NCBI GenBank assembly: GCA_035285865.1
Contig: JAYKHS010000015.1
Location: 1 to 64,000, forward strand
Direction of reading: 5' to 3'
DNA from: Candidatus Sericytochromatia bacterium
Lineage (GTDB): Bacteria; Cyanobacteriota; Sericytochromatia; S15B-MN24; VGJW01
Length of the DNA: 64,000 nt
Shown in pieces: positions 40,405 through 51,260 of the stretch (the first letter of the stretch is position 1; the number at the start of each line of letters is the position of its first letter). A program made the position numbers and the translations under genes. Under the pieces are notes generated by a model that was not told the origin of the DNA, did no database searches, and saw nothing but the letters and a program-made list of their open reading frames with translations.

Positions 40405-41955
40405 ATGACGACCACCCCTGCGGCTCCGGCCACCGAAGCCCCGACCCTTCATGACCGCCTTGCCCGCATCACTGCGGGCGGCGCCCCCAAGTACCACGAG
40501 GCAGCCGCCCGTTCCGGCAAGCTGTTCGTTCGCGAACGCCTGCGGCTGTTGCTGGACGAGGGAACCTTCCTCGAGGAGGGTGCCTTCGCCAACTGCGATG
40601 CACCTGATCTGCCGGCTGATGGCGTCGTGACGGGTGTCGGGCGCATTCACGGCCGTACCGTCTGCGTCATGGCCAACGACTCGACCGTCAAGGCCGGCTC
40701 GTGGGGGTCGCGCACCGTCGAGAAGATCCTGCGCATCCAGGAGACGGCCATCCGCTTGCGCGTGCCCATGCTGTATCTCGTGGACTCTGCCGGTGCCCGA
40801 ATCACCGACCAGGTCGAGATGTTCCCCGGACGCCGCGGTGCCGGTCGCATCTTCCACAATCAGGTGCGGATGAGCGGCTTCGTCCCCCAGGTCTGCCTGC
40901 TCTTCGGCCCGTCCGCTGCCGGCGGGGCGTACATTCCGGCCTTCTGCGACGTCGTCGTCATGGTCGAAGGGAACGCCTCGGCCTACCTTGGCTCGCCCCG
41001 CATGGCCGAGATGGTCATCGGCGAGAAGGTTTCTCTGGAGGAGATGGGCGGCGCCCGGATGCACTGCAGCGTTTCCGGTGTCGGCGACGTGCTGGTCAAG
41101 ACCGAGCCCGAGGCCATCGACTGGCTGCGCCGGTACCTCGGTTACTTCCCCCAGAACTTCGCCGGCGTCCCTGACCTGGCTCCTGCGGTGGCTCCCAAGG
41201 CCGGCAAGGAAATCGCCGACATCATTCCCCGCAACCAGAACCAGCCTTTCGACATGCAGCAGCTCATCGACCGCCTCGTGGACGAAAGCTCGTGGCTGGA
41301 GATCAAGAAGCTCTTCGCGGGCGAGCTCCTGACCGGCCTTGCCCGTATCGGCGGTCAGCCCGTCGGCATTCTCGCCAACCAGTCACGGGTCAAGGGTGGG
41401 GTGCTGTTCACGGATTCGTCCGACAAGGGTGCCCGTTTCATCACGTTGTGCGACGCTTTCAGCATTCCGTTGCTCTTCCTTGCGGACGTGCCGGGTTTCA
41501 TGATCGGCTCGGCCGTCGAGCGTTCCGGCATCATCCGGCACGGGGCCAAGTTCATCTCGGCCATGGCTTCCGCCCAGGTGCCCAAGATCAGCGTCGTCGT
41601 CCGCAAGGCCTATGGTGCCGGTCTCTATGCCATGGCTGGCCCGGCCTTCGAGCCGGACATCTGCCTCGCGTTGCCCACGGCAAAGATTGCGGTCATGGGG
41701 CCTGAGGCTGCCGTGAACGCCGTCTACGCCAACAAGATCGCCGAGTTGCCCGAGGACCAGCGCGAGGCCTATGTCGCCGAGAAACGTGCCGAGTACGAGC
41801 GTGACATCGACCTGTATCGTCTGGCCTCCGAAATGGTCATCGATGGAGTCGTGCCGCCCGAGCAGCTCCGCGATGAGCTTTGTGCCCGACTCGCGGCCTG
41901 TCGCAGTCGGGAGACCGCCGACCTGCCCAAGCGTCGTCCCGTCACGCCCGTCTAG
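40405..41955 (+). CDS. Acyl-CoA carboxylase carboxyltransferase (beta) subunit, YngE-like
   Basis: GKLFVRERL, ANDSTVKAGSWG, VDSAGARI, GPSAAGGAY, EEMGGA.MH, DVPGFMIG, RKAYGAG. Confidence 0.95.
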   Translation: MTTTPAAPATEAPTLHDRLARITAGGAPKYHEAAARSGKLFVRERLRLLLDEGTFLEEGAFANCDAPDLPADGVVTGVGRIHGRTVCVMANDSTVKAGSWGSRTVEKILRIQETAIRLRVPMLYLVDSAGARITDQVEMFPGRRGAGRIFHNQVRMSGFVPQVCLLFGPSAAGGAYIPAFCDVVVMVEGNASAYLGSPRMAEMVIGEKVSLEEMGGARMHCSVSGVGDVLVKTEPEAIDWLRRYLGYFPQNFAGVPDLAPAVAPKAGKEIADIIPRNQNQPFDMQQLIDRLVDESSWLEIKKLFAGELLTGLARIGGQPVGILANQSRVKGGVLFTDSSDKGARFITLCDAFSIPLLFLADVPGFMIGSAVERSGIIRHGAKFISAMASAQVPKISVVVRKAYGAGLYAMAGPAFEPDICLALPTAKIAVMGPEAAVNAVYANKIAELPEDQREAYVAEKRAEYERDIDLYRLASEMVIDGVVPPEQLRDELCARLAACRSRETADLPKRRPVTPV

Positions 41956-41988
41956 CCTGCGTCGTCCAGTTCCCGAGGAGGCCCGTCC

Positions 41989-42660
41989 ATGGCTGAACCC
42001 GAAGCCGAACCCCAGAAGGACGTCGAACTCGTGCCTGAGCCCGGCACGGTTCGCAAGAACTTCGGACCGCTCGCCTTCGACATCAACGCCGATGAGGCGT
42101 TGGCCACCATCCTGTCCGAGCTGTCGACCGAGCGCGAGAATCGCCGCAAGGCCATTCGCTGGGCTTGCCATCAGGAGATGGAGATCGCCCTGCCCGGTGC
42201 TCAGGAATACCATCGGGCCATGATCTTCGACCTGTCGGCCGGAGGCATGCGGGTCAAGCCTTTGGAGACCCTCTCCAAGAAGAGTCTTCCTGTCGGCATC
42301 AGCGTCCACATCCGTCTCGCCACCGAGTTCGGCTCCTTCAGGGGCAGGGCACGGGTCGTGCGGCTCTCCGAGAATGGCCAGTTGGGCATCGAGTTGCAGT
42401 CGCTCTCCACGGCCATGAAGGAGATCCTGGCCCAGGAGGTGGCGCGCATCCAGGCGAGGGCAGCGGGCAACCAGCCACTCTCCCGGCGGCGGAAGGTCGT
42501 CAAGTCGGAGCTGGTCGAGCAGTTGGTCCAGCGCGCAGAGCCCCTGCCTACCCAGAACCAGAAGGTCAACGACGATCTGCGGCGCGGCGGATCGCTGATG
42601 GATTCTCTGGTCGAGGGCCGCCAGCGCCCGCGGGATGTCCACTCGCGCTGGGTCCGCTAG
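41989..42660 (+). CDS. PilZ-domain protein
   Basis: RKAIR (RxxxR) and DLSAGG (DxSxxG) c-di-GMP motifs; GAGGAGG SD. Confidence 0.85.
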   Translation: MAEPEAEPQKDVELVPEPGTVRKNFGPLAFDINADEALATILSELSTERENRRKAIRWACHQEMEIALPGAQEYHRAMIFDLSAGGMRVKPLETLSKKSLPVGISVHIRLATEFGSFRGRARVVRLSENGQLGIELQSLSTAMKEILAQEVARIQARAAGNQPLSRRRKVVKSELVEQLVQRAEPLPTQNQKVNDDLRRGGSLMDSLVEGRQRPRDVHSRWVR

Positions 42661-42702
42661 GGGCCGCGGAGCCGCCCCTGGCCCCGTGGTACGATGACGG
42701 CC

Positions 42703-43239
42703 GTGTCCGGCGTGCGTGGAGCCCTCTGCGGCGTGGCGCTCCTACTGGGAGCGTGCACGTCCACCGGTGCTGAGGTCGCGGACTCCGGGGCCTTGCCCGG
42801 CATGACAGGTCTGGTGCTCCGGGACATGCCTGGTGGCCGGATTCAGTGGGAATTGCGCGCCGACCGTGTGCGCGAAGGCGCTGCCACCACCCGCCTCGAG
42901 GGCGTACGGATGTTGTGGCAGGTGCCCGGTCGGCCGGGAGTGCGCGCGCAGGCTCCTTCCGGAGTCTGGGATGCGGCCCAGGGCCAGATGGATCTGGTCG
43001 GTCCGCTCCGCGTGGATCTGCCGGGTCGGGACGTGGCCGTTCGTGCCCAGGGGCTCGTCTGGCGCCGCGACACGCGCAGCATCGCGTTGACGGGGGGGCT
43101 CGAAGTCCGGCGGGGTCGCAGCCTGCTGATTGCCGAGTCTCTCGAGGCCGACGAGGGTCTTCGTCGCCTGCGCATGCGCGGCAAGGTCCGCCTTGCCGTG
43201 CCCCTTGCCGTGCTGGACGGCAAGGCAGGTGGTGCGTGA
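42703..43239 (+). CDS. lptC: LPS export protein LptC-like
   Basis: N-terminal anchor/lipobox-like segment, WEL.A and beta-jellyroll pattern; first gene of the lpt cluster. Start is 42694 or 42703. Confidence 0.7.
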   Translation: MSGVRGALCGVALLLGACTSTGAEVADSGALPGMTGLVLRDMPGGRIQWELRADRVREGAATTRLEGVRMLWQVPGRPGVRAQAPSGVWDAAQGQMDLVGPLRVDLPGRDVAVRAQGLVWRRDTRSIALTGGLEVRRGRSLLIAESLEADEGLRRLRMRGKVRLAVPLAVLDGKAGGA

Positions 43240-43682
43240 TGGCGATGCCCCCGACGGCGCTTGCCCGCGCGATCGGACTCGCGAGTCTGGTCGTGGCTGG
43301 TGTGCTTGCGCCCGGGCTGGTCGTGGCGGCTCCCGGAAGGCCTTCTGCGGGTACACCGGTGCCGATTGACCTGCTCGAACTCGAGGCCGAGCGCACCGAA
43401 TATGACGACAAGGCGCGGGTTTACGTGCTGGCTGGAAAGGTGCGCATTCGCATGCGCGACATTCAGGTCACGTGTCGCGAGGCCATCCTCGAGATGGATG
43501 CCCGGGGAGAGGGTCTGCAGGTGATGCGCCTGAAAGGCGGGGTCCGGGCCGTGCGTGGCCGTCAGGTCTTCCGTGGCGAGCGCATGACGTGGCTGGCTTC
43601 CGCAAGACGTTTCGTGGCCGAAGGTGAGGTCGAAGCACGCGTGCCGTGGCCGTCCGCGGCGACATCGGAGGCCAGACCTTGA
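43239..43682 (+). CDS. lptA: LptA/OstA-family LPS transport protein
   Basis: Signal peptide, LEAER.EYD, G.V.I, G.V...RG, GE..T, A.G.V OstA pattern; between lptC and lptB. Confidence 0.7.
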   Translation: MAMPPTALARAIGLASLVVAGVLAPGLVVAAPGRPSAGTPVPIDLLELEAERTEYDDKARVYVLAGKVRIRMRDIQVTCREAILEMDARGEGLQVMRLKGGVRAVRGRQVFRGERMTWLASARRFVAEGEVEARVPWPSAATSEARP

Positions 43683-44391
43683 TCCAGACCGAACAGTTGG
43701 TGAAGGTCTATCGCGGTCGCCGCGTCGTCAATCAGGTCAGCATCAATGTCCGTCGGAACGAGATCGTGGGCCTGCTGGGCCCCAACGGTGCCGGCAAGAC
43801 CACGACCTTCTACATGGTCGTCGGCCTCGTGCGTCCGAACGAGGGTGCCGTCCAGCTGGATGGCGAGCCCATCGCCCACCTGCCGATGCACCTGCGCGCG
43901 CGCAAGGGTATCGGCTATCTGGCGCAGGAGCCCTCCGTATTCCGGAAGTTGTCGGTCGAGGAGAACCTGCTGGCCGTCTGGGAGCTCCTGGGCATGCCCA
44001 AGGATGTCCAGCGTCGGCGTCTGGAGGAGCTGCTGGACGAGTTCAGCATCCAGAAGATCCGCAAGTCCAAGGGGATGCAACTGTCGGGTGGTGAGCGGCG
44101 CCGCGTCGAGATTGCCCGGGCACTGGCCACGGATCCCTCCTTCATCCTGCTGGACGAGCCGTTCTCCGGCATCGATCCTCTGGCCATCGCGGACATCCAG
44201 AAGATGCTCAGGCACCTGCGGTCGCGGAACCTTGGCCTGCTCATCACGGATCACAACGTCCGCGACACCCTGAAGATCGTCGACCGCGCATACATCATTG
44301 ATTCGGGGACCATCCTCTTCGAGGGCACCCCCGACGAGATCGTGGCTTCCGAGGTCGCCCGCAAGCATTACCTGGGCGAAGAGTTCGGCCT

Positions 44392-44395
<4 letters not shown>
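43679..44395 (+). CDS. lptB: LPS export ABC transporter ATPase
   Basis: GLLGPNGAGKTTTFY, GIGYLAQEPSVFRKL, LSGGERRRVEIARAL, LDEPF, ITDHNVRDTL, YLGEEF. Confidence 0.96.
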
Positions 44396-46843
<2,448 letters not shown>

Positions 46844-46906
46844 TCAGCCCGAATGCACGCGGGGCCTGTCCGGGACAACCGGGCAGGCCCCGCCATCTTG
46901 AGGGCT

Positions 46907-47131
46907 TCAGACCAGCGGGCGCAGCCGGTCGAGGACTTCGGGTCCCTCCGGAAACTCGCCGGTCTCGTGCTTGGAATACAACAGCGCCTGACCGGCGTGC
47001 ACGTCGAAGATGCCGCGGCTGCCGGGCACCAGGGTCACGGTGACGGGAAACTCCTGCTTGATGAGGGCCGCCAACCTGGTGGCCTCGGGCAGGTAATCTC
47101 ACATCGTGCAGTAGGTAATCCGAATATCCAT
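46907..47131 (-). CDS. Rdx (SelW/SelT/SelH)-family selenoprotein, 74 aa, Sec at codon 11 (not in ORF track)
   Basis: Manual translation MDIRITYCTM-UGA-DYLPEATRLAALIKQEFPVTVTLVPGSRGIFDVHAGQALLYSKHETGEFPEGPEVLDRLRPLV. CxxU, G.FDV and SK...G.FP are Rdx hallmarks. Confidence 0.9.
47053..47093 (-). promoter_or_regulatory. Putative bacterial SECIS hairpin
   Basis: Just 3' of the UGA (47099-47101): CCUGC...GGCC-A-CCA-GGU-UGG-C-GGCC...GCAGG, with a G-containing apical loop about 22 nt after UGA. Confidence 0.65.
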
Positions 47132-47183
47132 GTCCGGCACCTTACGGCAAACCGCTTGGCCTCGCAAGGTGATAAAGTGGACC

Positions 47184-48692
47184 ATGCCCAACAGTGCGAC
47201 AGAGCGTCCCGAGTTCCGTTCCTTTCATCTTCGGCGTGAACTCCTCGAGGGCCTTGCAGAGATGGGCTATGCCACGGCGACGCCCGTGCAGGCCCTCGCC
47301 ATTCCCTCCGTTCAGGAGGGGGGTGACTGGTTGGTCCAGGCCAAGACCGGTTCTGGCAAGACGCTGGCCTTCGGTCTGCCTCTGCTGAATCGTGTCGACC
47401 TGCATCGGCCGGACTGCCAGGTCCTGGTCGTGGTGCCGACGCGTGAACTGGCGCTGCAAGTGGCAACCGAACTCGAACGCGCGGGCGCGTCACTGGGCAT
47501 CGTCATCGGGGCCGTCTTCGGCGGCATTCCCATCAAGGAACATGTCACGACGGCGCAGTGGGCAACGGTGCTGGTCGGCACGCCCGGGCGCCTGCGGGAC
47601 TTGCTCGAGCGCGGCATGCTGCGGCTTGACCATGTGCGGTCGGTGGTTCTCGACGAGGCCGACGAGATGCTGGACATGGGCTTCAAGGTCGACCTCGAGT
47701 TCATCCTCGATGCCGCGCGTCAACGCCAACAGACCCTCTTCTTCTCGGCCACCTTCCCGCCCGAAATCCTGAAGATCGCCAAGCGCACCCTCAAGGATCC
47801 CCGTCGTCTGCAGGCCCAGCCCGAGGAGCAGACGCCCACCACCATCGAGCATCGTGTGGTCCGGGTCAGCCAGGAGAAGAAGTTCGAGGCGCTCGCCCGT
47901 TTGCTCAAGGGTGAACACGTCACCCAGGGCATCATCTTCTGCAACACCAAGACCGAGACTCCGTGGCTGACGCGCCGTCTTCGTGCCCAGGGCTTTTCTG
48001 CCGACTGCATCCACGGTGACATGGGCCAGCAGGACCGCCTGAAGGTCATGGACCGCTACAAGGCTCAGGGCTTCACGATTCTGGTGGCGACCGAAGTTGC
48101 GGCGCGGGGCCTCGACATCGCCGGCATCAGCCACGTCGTCAACTATTCGGTGCCCAATAACCCCGAAGTGTACTTCCATCGCTGCGGTCGCACCGGCAGA
48201 GCCGGACGCAGCGGCGTCGCGATCACGATGGTGACGCCGCCCGAGGAGCGGCAGTTTGCCCGGATCGAGGAGGCGCTGGCTGCCCGCAGGCCCAAGGGTG
48301 TCAAATCGGAGAAGCCGGCTGCGCGCGCCGAGGCCCCGACTGCGTCCCCAGACCGCGCCGAGTCTGCCCGCGTTGCCGAACCGGCACGTGGTGAGGGGCG
48401 GGCACCTTCACGGGAACCTGCTTCCCGCGAGCGTCCGGCATCGCAGGCCGACAATCGTGACCGTGCTCCCCGCGAGCCGCAACCTGAGCGCAACGGTGCA
48501 CGGAGCCGCAATCGCGGAAAGGGGCTCAAGGTCGCCTCGGATGATCTCATCGCCTATGCCGGGTCGACGGCCGATGCGCACCACGCGCTGGCGCGCCACC
48601 TGCTTCACGCCGGTGATCCCGTCACGCTGGTGTCTGCGTTGCTGGCCGTGCATCCGCTCGTGCACGAGGCCGCCCGGCAGCAACAGTCCTGA
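47184..48692 (+). CDS. DEAD-box RNA helicase
   Basis: Q motif, AKTGSGKT, PTRELA, TPGRL, DEAD, SAT, ARGLD, HRCGRTGRAG. Confidence 0.96.
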   Translation: MPNSATERPEFRSFHLRRELLEGLAEMGYATATPVQALAIPSVQEGGDWLVQAKTGSGKTLAFGLPLLNRVDLHRPDCQVLVVVPTRELALQVATELERAGASLGIVIGAVFGGIPIKEHVTTAQWATVLVGTPGRLRDLLERGMLRLDHVRSVVLDEADEMLDMGFKVDLEFILDAARQRQQTLFFSATFPPEILKIAKRTLKDPRRLQAQPEEQTPTTIEHRVVRVSQEKKFEALARLLKGEHVTQGIIFCNTKTETPWLTRRLRAQGFSADCIHGDMGQQDRLKVMDRYKAQGFTILVATEVAARGLDIAGISHVVNYSVPNNPEVYFHRCGRTGRAGRSGVAITMVTPPEERQFARIEEALAARRPKGVKSEKPAARAEAPTASPDRAESARVAEPARGEGRAPSREPASRERPASQADNRDRAPREPQPERNGARSRNRGKGLKVASDDLIAYAGSTADAHHALARHLLHAGDPVTLVSALLAVHPLVHEAARQQQS

Positions 48693-48779
48693 GCGATTGT
48701 TCGTCATTCATTAAGAATCCGTTGCGCCCGGTCGGCGGGCCGCCTTGCGGGGTCACAATGCATGCAGGAGGGCCCCCCA

Positions 48780-50270
48780 ATGTCCGACAGGATGGCCATC
48801 GGCCGCCAGACAGGGACCCGACCGCTCAACGGTCCGGGCACCCGTCCGATGGGGCAGACGAATCCCCTGCGGGAGACGGGACGTTTCGTCCGTGACGTCT
48901 TCGTCGGGGGTGGCGAGGCCGTGGTGGACATGGCCAAGGGGTTGTGGCAAGTGGTGTCCCACCCCATCCAGACGGCCAAGGGCATCGGTTCCCTCGCCGC
49001 GATGGTCATCCGTAATCCGGGCGAGGGTTTGAGGACCATCGGCGCGGCGCTTGTCGAGCCCTATACTCAGGCGATGAAGGAGGGACGGCCGGGCAAGGCC
49101 CTCGGACGAGGCATCGTCGAGATCGGTTCGTTGTTCCTGGGGCCGACCGAGGTCGTGCAGGGCGTGAAGTCGGCGGCCAACTTCGGTCGTGGGGCCGTCG
49201 GCGCCGTCAAGGCGGGGGCCACCGTCGGCGAGGCAGCCAAGGCAGGCTATCTCGCGGCCAAGTGGTCGGGTGAGGCCAGCCAACTCGCGGCGAAGGCGCA
49301 GCAATTGGCCAAGCTGGGCCACGTGGCCGAAGCCAGCCAGCTGACCCGGATGGCGGGTGCCTTCGGCCGAGGGGCGCATGCCGCCAAGGTCGGTCAACTC
49401 TCCCGTTTCGGCCATTACGCCGCCATTCTCGAGCGACCATTCGCCATTCGCGTCGCCGGGCAGATGATGTCCAGCGCTGACCTGATGATGCGCAGCCAGA
49501 GCCTGCTCTCGTCGGGCAGGATCCTGGGGCAGGCCGGTGCACGCGCCGCTGCCTTGGGTGGCGAGGCGGCCGAGCAGGCCGCGCGTGTCCAGGCCGTGGC
49601 CAAGGCCCTGCAGGCGGGTCAGGTCATCGATTCGGGCGTCGTGCGCGCGCTGCTCGAGGGCCAGAAGTCCCTGGCGATGCTCGACGGGGCCGGCCGCCTG
49701 GCTGCCGGGGGGCTCGTAGCCGGCAATCTGGCTTCGGACGCCGCACAGGTTGCGGCCAAGGTTCCCGTCTGGGAGCGCTTTGCTCAGACGGCTGCCCGCT
49801 TTGCTGTCTCCAACCCCATCATTCTGTTCCCGATTGCTCCGGCGGCCGGCGTGGCGCTGGACGCTCTCGGGCGTATCGGCCCCGTTCGGGAGTTCCTCGA
49901 GGCACCGGGTGATGGCGAGGAACTGGCGCGCAAGCATGGCGTGGCGACTGACCCGGACAATGTCCGGCGTTTCATGGATGAAATCGGTGGATACGCGACC
50001 CGCGCCATCGGTCCGGACGTGGGCACTCCGGACAAGGTGCGCGATTTGCAGTTGGTGCTCAGGGGAATCGGGTACGCCACCGAGCCGACCGGCCAGTGGG
50101 ACGAGAACACGTCGCGTGCGGTCATCGACTTCAAGCGGCGGCAGGGCATGCATCAGGACTATCGCTTGCAGGACGGTCATTACGCGGTCAACGAATACGT
50201 CACCGAGGACGTCATCGAGCGCATGGTGGACGTCGCCGAGGGGACGCAGCAGGCTCGCTCAGGCCGCTGA
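48780..50270 (+). CDS. Ala/Gly-rich helical protein with C-terminal peptidoglycan-binding domain
   Basis: AGGAGGG SD; C-terminal VRDLQLVL..IGY...TG.WD..T..AV.DFK...G matches the PG_binding_1 pattern. Confidence 0.75.
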   Translation: MSDRMAIGRQTGTRPLNGPGTRPMGQTNPLRETGRFVRDVFVGGGEAVVDMAKGLWQVVSHPIQTAKGIGSLAAMVIRNPGEGLRTIGAALVEPYTQAMKEGRPGKALGRGIVEIGSLFLGPTEVVQGVKSAANFGRGAVGAVKAGATVGEAAKAGYLAAKWSGEASQLAAKAQQLAKLGHVAEASQLTRMAGAFGRGAHAAKVGQLSRFGHYAAILERPFAIRVAGQMMSSADLMMRSQSLLSSGRILGQAGARAAALGGEAAEQAARVQAVAKALQAGQVIDSGVVRALLEGQKSLAMLDGAGRLAAGGLVAGNLASDAAQVAAKVPVWERFAQTAARFAVSNPIILFPIAPAAGVALDALGRIGPVREFLEAPGDGEELARKHGVATDPDNVRRFMDEIGGYATRAIGPDVGTPDKVRDLQLVLRGIGYATEPTGQWDENTSRAVIDFKRRQGMHQDYRLQDGHYAVNEYVTEDVIERMVDVAEGTQQARSGR

Positions 50271-50279
50271 GCGGAACCT

Positions 50280-50726
50280 TCAGCCCGCGAAGGTCATCCG
50301 GGCACTGCCGAGGGCCTGGGACTGCGTGCCACCGCTGCTCACCGACTGGACGGTCCACTGGTCTCCGACCCGGACGACCTGAAGATACGAGCAGGCCGTG
50401 CAGCCCGTGTACGAGTTGCGCTCGCCCGCGTCGCAGCGACCGTTGCCGTTGGCGTCTCGGAACGCGAAGACCGTCAGGTTGCTGACGCCCGTCGGGATGG
50501 CGTACCGGAACGTGCCGTCGGCCGCCACGCTGGCGACCTCGGCCTTGGGCAAATCCTCGGGGAAGGGGATGTCCCGCAGGACACCAACCTTGATGCCGTC
50601 CAGCGCCACGCCACTGATGCTTCCTGTCAGGACCTGGGTCCCGAGACCGGGCAGGTTGCCCGCCGCATCGCAACCCGTGGCGGCAAGGGCCAACAGAGTC
50701 CAGACCATCCGACGATGCGCGAACAT
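50280..50726 (-). CDS. Hypothetical lipoprotein
   Basis: Lipobox LAATG-C; beta-sandwich-like; DANGNGRCD Ca-loop-like segment and CxxC. Confidence 0.7.
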   Translation of the reverse strand: MFAHRRMVWTLLALAATGCDAAGNLPGLGTQVLTGSISGVALDGIKVGVLRDIPFPEDLPKAEVASVAADGTFRYAIPTGVSNLTVFAFRDANGNGRCDAGERNSYTGCTACSYLQVVRVGDQWTVQSVSSGGTQSQALGSARMTFAG

Positions 50727-50731
50727 GGGGC

Positions 50732-50743
50732 CATGCTAGCATG
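50732..50743. promoter_or_regulatory. Palindromic bidirectional extended -10 element
   Basis: CATGCTAGCATG reads TGC-TAGCAT on both strands; ATG follows 7 nt later on plus (50750) and 6 nt later on minus (50726). Confidence 0.6.
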
Positions 50744-50749
50744 ACGCTC

Positions 50750-51235
50750 ATGCGCTCCCTTACGGAACCGCCGGCACAGGGTCGTGTCCATTTCCGCATC
50801 GGCCGCAAGGATCGCCTGTCCCTCTTCCGAGAGAGAGGGGAGACCTGGGACAGGGTCTGCCTGCGTGCCTTGGCTTGGCTGCTGCATTACCGGGATGCGC
50901 GCTCCCCCGTGCTGGATCCCCCGTTGGAGCATCGGCTCAGGGCGGATCTCGCGGCCTTCGACGCCACGGGTGCACCGACGCTCTGGGTCAAGGTTGCGCC
51001 CATCGACGAGGCGGCCATCCTGCACGCCTGTCGTCACCTGCCGAGAACCCGCATTCAACTGCTGGTTTCGGAAGAAGACCCCGAGGCCTTCGTGGCGCGG
51101 GTGCGCAAGCACGTACACTACCGCTACGCCCACGACCACCTCGAGATCGTGAACTTTCTCCCGCCGCTGGAGGCGTGGCTGGACCCGGAGGACCTCCGCA
51201 TTCCAGATGATGCGATGACCACCTGGCTGCTCTGA
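50750..51235 (+). CDS. YaeQ-family protein
   Basis: GET..RV.LRALAW.L, ADL...D.TG...LWV.V......I..A pattern. Start is 50741 or 50750. Confidence 0.7.
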   Translation: MRSLTEPPAQGRVHFRIGRKDRLSLFRERGETWDRVCLRALAWLLHYRDARSPVLDPPLEHRLRADLAAFDATGAPTLWVKVAPIDEAAILHACRHLPRTRIQLLVSEEDPEAFVARVRKHVHYRYAHDHLEIVNFLPPLEAWLDPEDLRIPDDAMTTWLL

Positions 51236-51260
51236 GGCCCGCATCCACGACTCGGCTGGA

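Noticed and set aside
46853..47239. 128-aa plus-strand ORF between ahcY and the helicase
   Set aside because: Antisense to the Rdx selenoprotein, which has clear family motifs
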